A stretch of DNA of 64,000 nt from Planctomycetota bacterium. Lineage in GTDB: Bacteria > Planctomycetota > UBA8108 > SXIK01. The notes under the pieces are model-generated. The model ran no database searches. It was not told the origin of the DNA and was given only the letters and a program-made list of their open reading frames with translations. Positions 49,887-58,650 of this stretch are shown piece after piece (within the stretch, counting starts at the first letter, position 1; every line of letters starts with the position of its first letter). Both the position numbers and the translations under genes were made by a program. The DNA is taken from NCBI GenBank assembly GCA_965223265.1, contig OZ244999.1:8768001-8832000 (forward strand), given 5' to 3'.

Positions 49887-50371
49887 ACTTTCTGAAGAAC
49901 AAATGGTTGACGCGTATCTGCGCTTGGGTGCTTGGGGGGTTCTTCCTCTATGCCTGCTGGCACAAGATTTTCGATCCGCCAGACTTCGCCAAAAGCGTCA
50001 ACAACTACAAGATCCTTCCCAGCGAGCTCGTCAACCTCGCGGCGATTGTGTTGCCGTGGCTGGAGCTTTTCTGTGGCCTGGCGCTCCTAACCGGGCTCGG
50101 ACGACGTGGAGCGGCGCTGATTTCGGGAGCTCTGTTGACTCTGTTCATCGTCGCGTTGTGCTACAACTTGGCGCGCGGCGTCCCGACGATCTGTGGCTGT
50201 ACACTGAGTTACGAAGAGTCTCTGAAATTCACGGACGAAGAGAAGTTTCGCCAGATGAAGATCGTGATCGCGCGCGACATTGGATTGTTGCTGCTCGCCG
50301 TGCAGGTCTTCTTCGCGACGTGCTGCAGCTGCTGCACTCCGGATCAAGAACGGACGCCTGCAGCGTCCTAA
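49883..50371 (+). CDS. MauE/DoxX family membrane protein
   Basis: FLYACWHKIFDP..F...VNNYKILP, LPWLE, ICGC, IARD; ATGA overlap with the rhodanese gene. Confidence 0.88.
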   Translation: MNFLKNKWLTRICAWVLGGFFLYACWHKIFDPPDFAKSVNNYKILPSELVNLAAIVLPWLELFCGLALLTGLGRRGAALISGALLTLFIVALCYNLARGVPTICGCTLSYEESLKFTDEEKFRQMKIVIARDIGLLLLAVQVFFATCCSCCTPDQERTPAAS

Positions 50372-51525
50372 TTCTGAAAACCGTTTTGCGGGCGCGGCGC
50401 CGAACAGCGCAGCACGGTGTAACCACGTTTCCCACGCCATGTGCGCTCAGCGAAGTGTCGTTCACAGATGGCCTGGGCTTTCTCTGTCGCCTTGGTGACA
50501 CACCAGTAGGCGCCACCGGGTGCCAAGACGTGTGCTGACTCGCGGCAGAAGTGTTCGAAGATACGAAAATCTCCGAAGTACGGCGGATTGGCGAGGACGA
50601 CGTCGACGCTCCTCGGCTTCAGCGAACCGAGATCGTAGGCGAGGAGCGGTAAGACGTTGTCGCACGCACAGCTTTTGGCGTTGACTGCGGCCTGCTCAAC
50701 GGCGCGGACGTTCGAGTCTACGAGGATCGCGTGACCCGCGCTGGCGACACGGGCTGCGGCGATGCCGAGAGCTCCTGGACCGCAGCCAAGCTCTACGACC
50801 CGCGAGTCGGTTTCGATCGCCGCGAAGTCCGCAAGCGTGCGAGCGCCGTCGTCCAACCGGCCGTGGGCGAAGACGCCGGGCCGGGTGACGTAATCGATCG
50901 CATGACCGAAAAGCTGCGCAGCGATCCGACGGGTGAAGTCGCGGCGTCGCAGCTGACGGTCGCGCTGTCGACGCGCCACGTAGACGACGCCGCCCCGAGA
51001 TCGGTCGTGGATCGTCGCGTCGCCAAAAATGTCGACGACGCGCTCGCGCAGCCAACGGTCTGACCGGTTGTCTGTAGCGGTCAGTAGCTTGCCTCGTGGC
51101 CGGAGGGCCTCAAAACACTGCCGCAGTAGCTCTCCGGTCAATCGTGCGTCAGCAGTGTGCGGCGCCGCAAAGACAACCCAGTCGAATGCTCCTCGCGGCA
51201 AATCCGACGCGAGATGCGGCGTGACTGCAGCGATATGATTGATCCGGAGGCTCTCGCAGCCGCGGTGGAACTCGTACGCGTCCATGTCGAACGAGTGGAC
51301 GTTCGCACTTGGAAAAAGGAGTCGGACGGCCATGGCGCCGACGCTTTCCGGACTGAGAACGACGAGAATATCTCCTGCCATGGGTTGATCCAGCGCCGCC
51401 AGCAAAACCCGCTGGGCGCGTTGAAGCCCGCGCGCTGAATGGATCTCGATGCGGCCACCGAGGAGAGTCTCACGCCGCCGTGCTTTCGATGGGTTGCCCA
51501 GTGTGACGACGTGTTTCTCAGTCAC
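50368..51525 (-). CDS. RsmC-like class I SAM methyltransferase
   Basis: TRPGVFAHGRLDDG, VELGCGPG, LANPPY; start uncertain. Confidence 0.85.
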   Translation of the reverse strand: MTEKHVVTLGNPSKARRRETLLGGRIEIHSARGLQRAQRVLLAALDQPMAGDILVVLSPESVGAMAVRLLFPSANVHSFDMDAYEFHRGCESLRINHIAAVTPHLASDLPRGAFDWVVFAAPHTADARLTGELLRQCFEALRPRGKLLTATDNRSDRWLRERVVDIFGDATIHDRSRGGVVYVARRQRDRQLRRRDFTRRIAAQLFGHAIDYVTRPGVFAHGRLDDGARTLADFAAIETDSRVVELGCGPGALGIAAARVASAGHAILVDSNVRAVEQAAVNAKSCACDNVLPLLAYDLGSLKPRSVDVVLANPPYFGDFRIFEHFCRESAHVLAPGGAYWCVTKATEKAQAICERHFAERTWRGKRGYTVLRCSAPRPQNGFQN

Positions 51526-51761
51526 GATTCTTCTATGTTGAGGCTGGGGGCCGATGGACGCTGGTTGGGATCCTGCCGCGATGGCGCTCGCACGCCTTGG
51601 TTGTACATGAACCGCTGACGGCAGGATGGTGGCAAGACCCGACAAGCCGTGAACGCCTTAGTGTTGTTCACGACAGTTGGTACATCAACGCACTCGTGAC
51701 CGGAAAGTGAGGCCATGCCTACGAACTCAAGGCGCGGCGGGTCTGAGGGGAGGCAGAGGCG

Positions 51762-52042
51762 GAGACAGAGACAGAGACAGAGACAGAGACAGAGACAGAG
51801 ACAGAGACAGAGACAGAGACAGAGACAGAGACAGAGACAGAGACAGAGACAGAGACAGAGACAGAGACAGAGACAGAGACAGAGACAGAGACAGAGACAG
51901 AGACAGAGACAGAGACAGAGACAGAGACAGAGACAGAGACAGAGACAGAGACAGAGACAGAGACAGAGACAGAGACAGAGACAGAGACAGAGACAGAGAC
52001 AGAGACAGAGACAGAGACGGGCCGCCCACGCCCACGCCCACG
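51762..52042. repeat. Perfect (GAGACA)42+GAGAC microsatellite followed by (CCCACG)3
   Basis: Counted from 51762 to 52018; CCCACG block at 52025-52042. Confidence 0.97.
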
Positions 52043-52105
52043 CACAGCGGTGCGGCGGCGATCGCGCCGACGGCAGAGAAGAACTCTGCTGCTCTGGGCG
52101 ATCAT

Positions 52106-52229
52106 GCGGCGGCGGTTTTGTCGATCTTAACCGAAGCCGAGCCGGCCTCAAGGGTGCCCTCGCTGCGCTCGGCGCTTCGCGCCCTTGACCCCGTCTCTGC
52201 TTCGGTTGGCGGCAGTGAAACGCCGCCGC
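52106..52229 (+). promoter_or_regulatory. Conserved structured leader of four-helix-bundle gene 1
   Basis: Nested stems GCGGCGGCG/CGCCGCCGC, AACCGAAGC/GCTTCGGTT, TCAAGGG/CCCTTGA; 41-nt core 52148-52188 shared with the leader of gene 2. Confidence 0.75.
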
Positions 52230-52274
52230 GTCGGGCGTCGGCGACAGGTCACTGGGCCGTTACCGGAGGCACAC

Positions 52275-52598
52275 ATGGGCTTTCTTGCTCTGGATCACAC
52301 TTTTGGCATCGTTCGTCAACTGCGTCCCCTGGTCTCGAGCATCCGTCGTCACGACTCGAAGCTGGCCAATCAGCTGCGCGATGCCGGTTCGTCTGTGGCG
52401 CTCACCCTCGGCGAGGGCAATCGGCGTCAGGGGCGTGACCGCGGGCATCTTTGGCGCGTTGCTTCGGGCAGCGCCGAAGAGGTGCGCACGGCGCTTCGCG
52501 TTGCTGAAGCTTGGGGCTACATCGACCAAGCCGAGGCTGCTGCGGTGCTCACGGACATCGATGAGCTGCAGGCGATGCTTTGGAAGTTGACGCGCTGA
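52275..52598 (+). CDS. Four-helix-bundle protein (23S rRNA-IVP / bAvd-like)
   Basis: 107 aa from ATG 52275 (GGAGG upstream); QLRDAGSSVALTLGEG and RVASGSAEE match the family pattern QxRRAxxSxxxNIAEG...ARGSxxE. Confidence 0.9.
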   Translation: MGFLALDHTFGIVRQLRPLVSSIRRHDSKLANQLRDAGSSVALTLGEGNRRQGRDRGHLWRVASGSAEEVRTALRVAEAWGYIDQAEAAAVLTDIDELQAMLWKLTR

Positions 52599-52660
52599 CG
52601 CGGGAGCTTTGGCCCGCCGTGCGCTATTTGGCGCGGCGGGTTTGACGGGGAGGCAGGGGC

Positions 52661-52791
52661 GGATACGGATACAGAGCCAGAGGCAGAAGCAGAGTCAGAA
52701 CCAGAGTCAGATACGGATACAGAGCCAGAGTCAGAATCAGAGTCAGATACGGATACGGAGTCGGAAGCAGACTACCACGCCCACGCTCACG
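52661..52791. repeat. Degenerate two-block hexamer array (GGATAC/AGAGTC/AGAGCC then CCCACG/CTCACG)
   Basis: About 18 RGANNC units followed by ACCACGCCCACGCTCACG, between the convergent genes. Confidence 0.9.
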
Positions 52792-52861
52792 CGCGTCGCT
52801 TCATTGGAAACGGCAAGAGCTTGCGCCCGCCGCGGATACGGCGGGCGCGGGTGGCTCATGC

Positions 52862-53185
52862 TCAGCGGGTGAGCCCGCGAAGAAGTGCTAGCAGGCGATC
52901 GAGCGTCTTGAGCGGAGTGGTGACGTCTTCGTTCTTGAGAACGCCCCAGGCCAGGGCCAGTTGTAGCGCCGTTTCGACCTCGCGCGCACTGCCGCGCGCG
53001 ACGCGAAAGAGGTGCTGGCGATCTTTCCCGGAGCGCTCAGCGCCTTCCGAGAGGTTGAGCGCGACCGAGGAAGCAGCGCGCCGGATCTGCCGGTGCAGGT
53101 CGGGATCGAGCCGCCGAAGCCGCACCAAAGGAGCCCGCAGGTCGCCGATCAAACCGAGACTGACGTCGAGAGCGATGAAGCGCAT
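52862..53185 (-). CDS. Four-helix-bundle protein (23S rRNA-IVP / bAvd-like)
   Basis: 107 aa from ATG 53185 (GGAGG upstream); QIRRAASSVALNLSEG, FRVARGSAREV. Confidence 0.92.
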   Translation of the reverse strand: MRFIALDVSLGLIGDLRAPLVRLRRLDPDLHRQIRRAASSVALNLSEGAERSGKDRQHLFRVARGSAREVETALQLALAWGVLKNEDVTTPLKTLDRLLALLRGLTR

Positions 53186-53231
53186 GTGAAGCCTCCGAAG
53201 AAAAGGTGAGTCAAGAGCCGCCGCGTCCGAT

Positions 53232-53347
53232 CGGCGGTACCTCACCCCCAATGCGGAGCGGAGGGACTGTCAAGAGCGCGAAGCGCCGAGCGCAGCGAGG
53301 GCACTCTTGACAGTCCTGAGCACGGCGTACCATCGACACAACCGCCG
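53232..53347 (-). promoter_or_regulatory. Conserved structured leader of four-helix-bundle gene 2
   Basis: 13-bp perfect stem GGACTGTCAAGAG/CTCTTGACAGTCC (53264-53316), outer CGGCGGT/ACCGCCG; core 53270-53310. Confidence 0.75.
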
Positions 53348-53373
53348 TACGGTAAACCGTGTCACAGCTCACA

Positions 53374-53436
53374 CACGGTCACGGTCCACGGTCCACGCCC
53401 ACGCCCACGCAAACGCCCACGCAAACGGGAATCGGG
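53374..53436. repeat. CACGGT / GTCCACG / CCCACG / CAAACG short-repeat array
   Basis: Read directly, upstream of the leader of gene 2. Confidence 0.85.
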
Positions 53437-53645
53437 AGGCCAGCACGGACCGCCAGCCCCGTCCACACACCGAATCTGCGGGCTTGTTTTGCTTCATGTC
53501 ACGGCGCGAGTCCACCAGGCAGCCTACTCTCTGCCTGCCCTGTTCAGCGCGAGGCACTTCTTCAAGCCTCTGCCTCGAAGTCCATGCCTTCCGTTGCTCT
53601 CGTGGATGCCATGCGATACGATCTCGCTCCATGGGAGATCGCAGT

Positions 53646-54731
53646 ATGACCTCAGCGGCGCAGACATCGGCGACGATGCGTGCCGTGGTTTGTGTGGCGA
53701 ACGGCAAGACGGTTTTCGAGCGTCGAGCCGTTCCAATCCCGGCGCGTGGCGAGATTGTTCTACGCCTTCGCGCCTGCGGTCTTTGCGGCACCGATCTTTT
53801 CAAGCTCGCACATCGGAGCGTGCCGAGCGGTACTGTGCTCGGACACGAGGTCGTCGGTGTCGTCGACAACGTTGGCGAAGGTGTCGACCAATTCGAGCCG
53901 GGCGACCGCGTCGTCGTCCCGCATCACGTCGCTTGCGGGAAGTGTCGGTTGTGCCGGCTCGGTAGCGAGACGATGTGCGCGACGTTTCGTGAGAATTTGA
54001 TGGAACCGGGCGGCTTTAGCGAGCGCGTCCTCATCCGCGAGCGCGCCGTGCGCTTGGCGGCGCGTCGACTGCCTGCGAGTGTCAGCGACGCGGCGGCGGT
54101 GTTTATGGAGCCGGCCGCTTGTGTCCTTCGCGGTCTACGCCAAGCGTCGATCGGCCCGGTCGCTGGCGACGACGACCGGCCGCCGGTCGCGGTCATCGTC
54201 GGAGCTGGAAGCATGGGGCTCCTCCATTTGCTCGTCCTTCGTGCATGGCGGCCTGAGGTCAGAATCGTCGTTGTCGATCCGATCGCAGAGCGATGTGATC
54301 TGGCGCTCGAGCTCGGCGCTCAGGTGGCGGTCACTCCAGGGGAAGACGTCGCCCGTCGCGCGGTCGACGAGCAGAGCGGTGGGCTCGGAGCCGATGCAGC
54401 TTTTGATACTGCGGGAGGCCCAGGCACACTAAATACTAGCCTGTCGCTTCTTCGACCTGGTGGTTCGGCCGTCCTTTTCGCGCATGCGCCAGAGGGTGGT
54501 CCGGCGAACTTCGATCTCAACGAGCTCTTCAAGAACGAACAACGCGTGCTTGGGACCTATTCGGGGGGATTGACCGACCAGGCTGAAGTCTACGAAATGA
54601 TCGCGAGCGGTCGCCTCGACGCATCATGTTTGGTCACGCACTCTCTACCCCTCGAGCGCTTCGACGCGGCCGTCGATCTCGTCAGGCGACACGAGGCTCT
54701 GAAAGTGCTTCTGGTGGCTCAAGAAGGATAG
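53646..54731 (+). CDS. Zinc-dependent alcohol/polyol dehydrogenase (MDR)
   Basis: CGTD, GHE, CGKCRLC..C, GAGSMG; start moved to ATG 53646 (GGGAG upstream). Confidence 0.9.
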   Translation: MTSAAQTSATMRAVVCVANGKTVFERRAVPIPARGEIVLRLRACGLCGTDLFKLAHRSVPSGTVLGHEVVGVVDNVGEGVDQFEPGDRVVVPHHVACGKCRLCRLGSETMCATFRENLMEPGGFSERVLIRERAVRLAARRLPASVSDAAAVFMEPAACVLRGLRQASIGPVAGDDDRPPVAVIVGAGSMGLLHLLVLRAWRPEVRIVVVDPIAERCDLALELGAQVAVTPGEDVARRAVDEQSGGLGADAAFDTAGGPGTLNTSLSLLRPGGSAVLFAHAPEGGPANFDLNELFKNEQRVLGTYSGGLTDQAEVYEMIASGRLDASCLVTHSLPLERFDAAVDLVRRHEALKVLLVAQEG

Positions 54732-54750
54732 CCGTATCGGGTCGCGTACC

Positions 54751-55797
54751 ATGGAACTACCGTCGACACAGCGAGTCGTGCACTTGCTTGGTCCCGAGCG
54801 CGTCGAGCTCAGGGACGTGACGCTGGACCAGCCCCGCGGCGGAGAGCTCCTCGTCCAGATTCAGGCCGCCACAACGTGCGGTACCGACGTCAAGGTGTTT
54901 CGTCGTGGAGGCCATCCGCGCATGCTCCAGGCACCGACGCCGTTCGGACATGAGTTCGCCGGCACGGTCGTAGCGCATGGCGAGCGGGCGAGGGAATGGC
55001 GTCTCGGCGATCGTGTCGTGGTGGCGAATTCTGCTCCCTGCGGGGACTGCGACTACTGCCAGTGCGGTCGGGAGAATCTGTGCCGAGATCTTAATTATCT
55101 CAACGGCGCGTTCGCTGAGTACTTGTTGATTCCCGAGCGCTTTGTTGCCCGCAACACTCACCTCCTGCCGGACGCTCTGCCCTTTGAGCGCGCCGCACTC
55201 GCGGAACCACTGGCGTGTGTTTTGCATGGCGTGGATGCCTGCGAGCTCAGCGGAGAAGAGGAGGTGCTGGTCTACGGCGGCGGTCCAATCGGGCTCCTGT
55301 TTGTTGCTGCGCTCGCCGATCGTGGTCACACCGTAGCCTTGGCCGACCCAAACGAACCTCGGCTCCGCGTTGCCAGGCAGATGGGAGCTGCACAGACCGT
55401 GCGCATTGAGCGTGGTGGTGGGCAAGCCGCTGCGGTGAGACAACACTGTTCGTGTCCCGACGGATTCGCCGTGGTGGTCGAGGCGACGGGGGTCCCCGCC
55501 GTGTGGGAGGACGCGCTGCAGTCGGCGCGACCGGGCGGACTCGTCAATCTGTTTGGCGGCTGCGCCCCGGGTACGACCGTGGAGCTTGACACGCATCTCC
55601 TCCACTATAGCGAACTGACGATCAAGGGCGTCTATCACCACCGTCCGGCGACGTTCAAGCGAGCTCTCGCGCTTCTGGCGAGCGGTACGTTCGACGTTTC
55701 GCCTCTTCTCAGTACCGAGCGACCGCTCGAAGAGCTCGATGCTGCGCTCCGCAGCATGATGGCAAAAGAGGCGCTCAAGGTCGTGATGCGCCCCTGA
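54751..55797 (+). CDS. Zinc-dependent alcohol/polyol dehydrogenase (MDR)
   Basis: CGTD, GHEFAG, CGDCDYC..C, GGGPIG. Confidence 0.92.
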   Translation: MELPSTQRVVHLLGPERVELRDVTLDQPRGGELLVQIQAATTCGTDVKVFRRGGHPRMLQAPTPFGHEFAGTVVAHGERAREWRLGDRVVVANSAPCGDCDYCQCGRENLCRDLNYLNGAFAEYLLIPERFVARNTHLLPDALPFERAALAEPLACVLHGVDACELSGEEEVLVYGGGPIGLLFVAALADRGHTVALADPNEPRLRVARQMGAAQTVRIERGGGQAAAVRQHCSCPDGFAVVVEATGVPAVWEDALQSARPGGLVNLFGGCAPGTTVELDTHLLHYSELTIKGVYHHRPATFKRALALLASGTFDVSPLLSTERPLEELDAALRSMMAKEALKVVMRP

Positions 55798-56020
55798 CCG
55801 GTTGCTTGCTAAAGCAGCTTGGCCAACCTTGAGCTAGCAGCTCTCTGAAAAACGGCGTCCCAGGTGAGGCTGTTGGTTGGAACCCCCTTCGTTTGCTTTG
55901 TTCGATCTCGAAACGAAGAGAGAAAGGAAGGACCGACGCGCGAAACGGACGCCAGAGGTAACAGCGGGGACGACTTACTTTGGCCTTCGGCTCATTAACC
56001 GCCCAGTCTATGAAACTAAG

Positions 56021-57151
56021 CTAAGCTTTCTCCGTGATGATCTCCGGCTCATAGTTGAGCTGCTGAAGATCCGCTGGAAGAAAGAGGCCGTCTTTACGCA
56101 CGAGTTCGTCGTCGAAGTAGATCTCTCCACCGCCGTAGTCAGGCCTCTGGATGGTCACTAGGTCCCAGTGAACCTGCGAGCGGTTGCCATTGTCCGCTTC
56201 TTCGTAGGCCTGGCCAGGTGTGAAGTGGAACGAACCGGCGATTTTCTCGTCGAAAAGGATGTCCATCATCGGATGCAAAATGCGTGGATTGAACCCGAGA
56301 GAAAACTCACCGATGTACCGCGCTCCCTCATCCGAATCCAAGACGTCGTTGATGCGTTTTGTCTCGTTCGCGGTTGCTTCGACAATCTTTCCCTTTTCAA
56401 AGGTTAGTCGAATCTGATCGAAAACGAAGCCGAGGTAAAGGCTCTGTGTGTTGACTGCCAGAGTGCCTTCAACTGAGTCGCGCACCGGGCAAGTAAACAT
56501 CTCGCCGTCAGGAATGTTTCGATCCCCTGCGCAGCCGACGACCGGTATGCCGTCGATCGAGAAGCGAAGATCGGTTCCAGGGCCGACGATTCGGACGTTG
56601 CGTGCAGCGGTCATTCGTTCCTGGAGTGGATTCATTGCTTCGGCCATCGCCGCGTAGTCGACCGTACAGACGTCAAAAAAGAAGTCTTCGAACGCTTCAG
56701 TGCTCATCTTGGCTTGTTGTGCCATCGAAGCGGTCGGCCACCTGAGGACGACCCATTTCGTCCGCGGCACACGCACTTCCATGTGCACTGGATGCATGAG
56801 ATGCTTCATGTAGATCTGCATCTTTTCCGAGGGGATGTCAGAGAACTCGGTGGCGTTGTGGCTGCCGCGGACGCCGACGTACGCTTGCATGCCTTCCATC
56901 AGATGCCGCTCGACCTCACCCCAGAACTGCAGCTGTTCCACCGTGGCTGAACGGTAGATCTCCCGAAGCACCCGATTCTGTTTGGTCACGCAGATCGGCA
57001 GCCCGCCGGCCTCTACGACGGTGCGAACGAGGAGAGCGGAAAACTCTTCCGGAATGTCGAACGTTTCGATGAGGACTCGCTCTCCCGCCTGCACGCAGCA
57101 GGAGTGGTGGACGATGAGCTGCGCCAGTTTTTCTTGTCTCGGATCAGCCAC
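56021..57151 (-). CDS. Aminopeptidase, peptidase M29 family
   Basis: NIPDGEMFTCP, IGEFSLG, LFDEKIAGSFHFTPG, NRSQVHWD. Confidence 0.93.
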   Translation of the reverse strand: MADPRQEKLAQLIVHHSCCVQAGERVLIETFDIPEEFSALLVRTVVEAGGLPICVTKQNRVLREIYRSATVEQLQFWGEVERHLMEGMQAYVGVRGSHNATEFSDIPSEKMQIYMKHLMHPVHMEVRVPRTKWVVLRWPTASMAQQAKMSTEAFEDFFFDVCTVDYAAMAEAMNPLQERMTAARNVRIVGPGTDLRFSIDGIPVVGCAGDRNIPDGEMFTCPVRDSVEGTLAVNTQSLYLGFVFDQIRLTFEKGKIVEATANETKRINDVLDSDEGARYIGEFSLGFNPRILHPMMDILFDEKIAGSFHFTPGQAYEEADNGNRSQVHWDLVTIQRPDYGGGEIYFDDELVRKDGLFLPADLQQLNYEPEIITEKA

Positions 57152-57240
57152 GTCGTATCTCCAGATCTTGAGAGTTCGTCTGGCACAGAAGATCGCCAGG
57201 CTTCGCGACGCCGACAGATCGGCGCCATGGTACGGACAAT

Positions 57241-58533
57241 CTATTCGACGCCGACCTCATCCGCAATTCGCTGCGGCTGCCACGGACCTGAGTCCGGACT
57301 TTCGAGCCGTCTTCGAGCGGTGCAGCTGGCGGCGAGTGTTTTGACCTCAGGCCGCTCCTGCATGTCCTCTGGAAGCATGGCGAGGTGTTCGAGCGCGGTC
57401 TCGAACCGTTCGAGTTGAGCCAGACACTCTCCGAGTCGCAGTCGTGCCATAGCGAAGGTCGGGGCGATGGCGAGGCAGGATCTCAGATGTGGCACGGCTT
57501 CCTCTACGCGGTCTGTTCGCGCGCATTGGAGGGCAAGGTCGTAGCGAAGGTCGGGATAGCCGGGCCGAAGAGTCACCGCCTGCGCGAGATGGTGTTCGGC
57601 ACGGATTTCGTCGCCGTTGGCGCTATAGAGGTGCGCCAATTGCTCGTGCGCACGGGCGTAGTTCCCGTCGCACTCGAGCGCTTTCTTGAGCCAACGTGCG
57701 GCGCGATGATGGTGTCCGCTGAGAAACTCCATCCAACCAAGGAGGGTCGCAAAAGGTGCAAAGCGCGGATCGTGCGCAAGCATCTTCTGCAGCTCTGCTG
57801 TGGCCTCCCGAGTCTTCCCCGACATATACAGCCATCGCGCGGTCTCGCAGTGGATCTCGGCGAAGCCAGGCAGTGTCGAGACCGACTCGATTTCGGCCAC
57901 GAAGCGCTCGACGTCTAGTGCCGCGGATTCTTTGACTCCAAGTCGCTCGTAGGAGTCGACGCTGCCACCCTGGGCTCGCGCGCTGTGGAGCAACCACCGC
58001 TGTGCTTCTCGCAGGCGTTCTTCTTGGCAAAGGAGGTACGCGCCCCAGTGGCGAGGCAACGGATGATTCGCATCGAGTTGCGCCGAATGATAGATCGCGT
58101 CCCAGGCGGCGCTCCTCCGTCCATGAAGATAGCAGAGTCGAGCCATGTCGACGAAACGTCGTACGGGATCGTCCGATCCCTTCGCGATGCTCGCCATCAG
58201 GTCGACGGCGCCGAGAAAATCTTCTGACGCAAGAGCGAACGCCAGGTTTGTGCGCGCCTGCTCGTAGCGGGAGTTGCGAGATAGCGCCGCGATGAAGTCT
58301 TTCTTCGCGCCACTGACGTCACCCATGTGCAGCTTTAGGATGCCGCGTCGATTGAGGAGGTCCGGATATGACGGAGTTTGCGCGAGCAAGCCTTCGATTT
58401 CGGCCAAATACTCGGCGTATAAATCGCGGCTGCTGGTGCGTTCGGCTTGGATCTCGTCGCGGTTGGACATCGGAGAGTCGAATCTTTTCACGCCGTTGGT
58501 CGGAAGCGTCCAGGGGGACGACTCCATCTCCAT
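57241..58533 (-). CDS. Tetratricopeptide repeat protein
   Basis: Repeated P.YPDL / A..NL / A...LG TPR patterns; true start may be the downstream MSNRD. Confidence 0.85.
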   Translation of the reverse strand: MEMESSPWTLPTNGVKRFDSPMSNRDEIQAERTSSRDLYAEYLAEIEGLLAQTPSYPDLLNRRGILKLHMGDVSGAKKDFIAALSRNSRYEQARTNLAFALASEDFLGAVDLMASIAKGSDDPVRRFVDMARLCYLHGRRSAAWDAIYHSAQLDANHPLPRHWGAYLLCQEERLREAQRWLLHSARAQGGSVDSYERLGVKESAALDVERFVAEIESVSTLPGFAEIHCETARWLYMSGKTREATAELQKMLAHDPRFAPFATLLGWMEFLSGHHHRAARWLKKALECDGNYARAHEQLAHLYSANGDEIRAEHHLAQAVTLRPGYPDLRYDLALQCARTDRVEEAVPHLRSCLAIAPTFAMARLRLGECLAQLERFETALEHLAMLPEDMQERPEVKTLAASCTARRRLESPDSGPWQPQRIADEVGVE

Positions 58534-58650
58534 CGGAACATGGCGCCCAAAGATGAAGGCACAGGCACACGCAGGGGTCGTCGGTGAGGTTTATCAGCCC
58601 TGCCGGGCGAATCTCGCGGTGCCCGACACGTCCCGGTAAAGATAGTTGCT

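Noticed and set aside
51522-52438. ORFs encoding DR, RQ, LC, SV and SL dipeptide repeats
   Set aside because: GAGACA has no stop in any frame, so open frames are automatic; no credible RBS or domain.
52106-53347. Integron attC sites
   Set aside because: The structures lie upstream of the genes, lack clear RYYYAAC/GTTRRRY ends, and no integrase is present.
51731-53436. Diversity-generating retroelement, suggested by the Avd-like proteins
   Set aside because: No reverse transcriptase and no TR/VR pair with adenine-specific mismatches seen in the window.
55834-55853. CTAGCAGCTCTCTGAAAAAC resembling the 27961 MITE end
   Set aside because: No matching opposite end or target duplication found.
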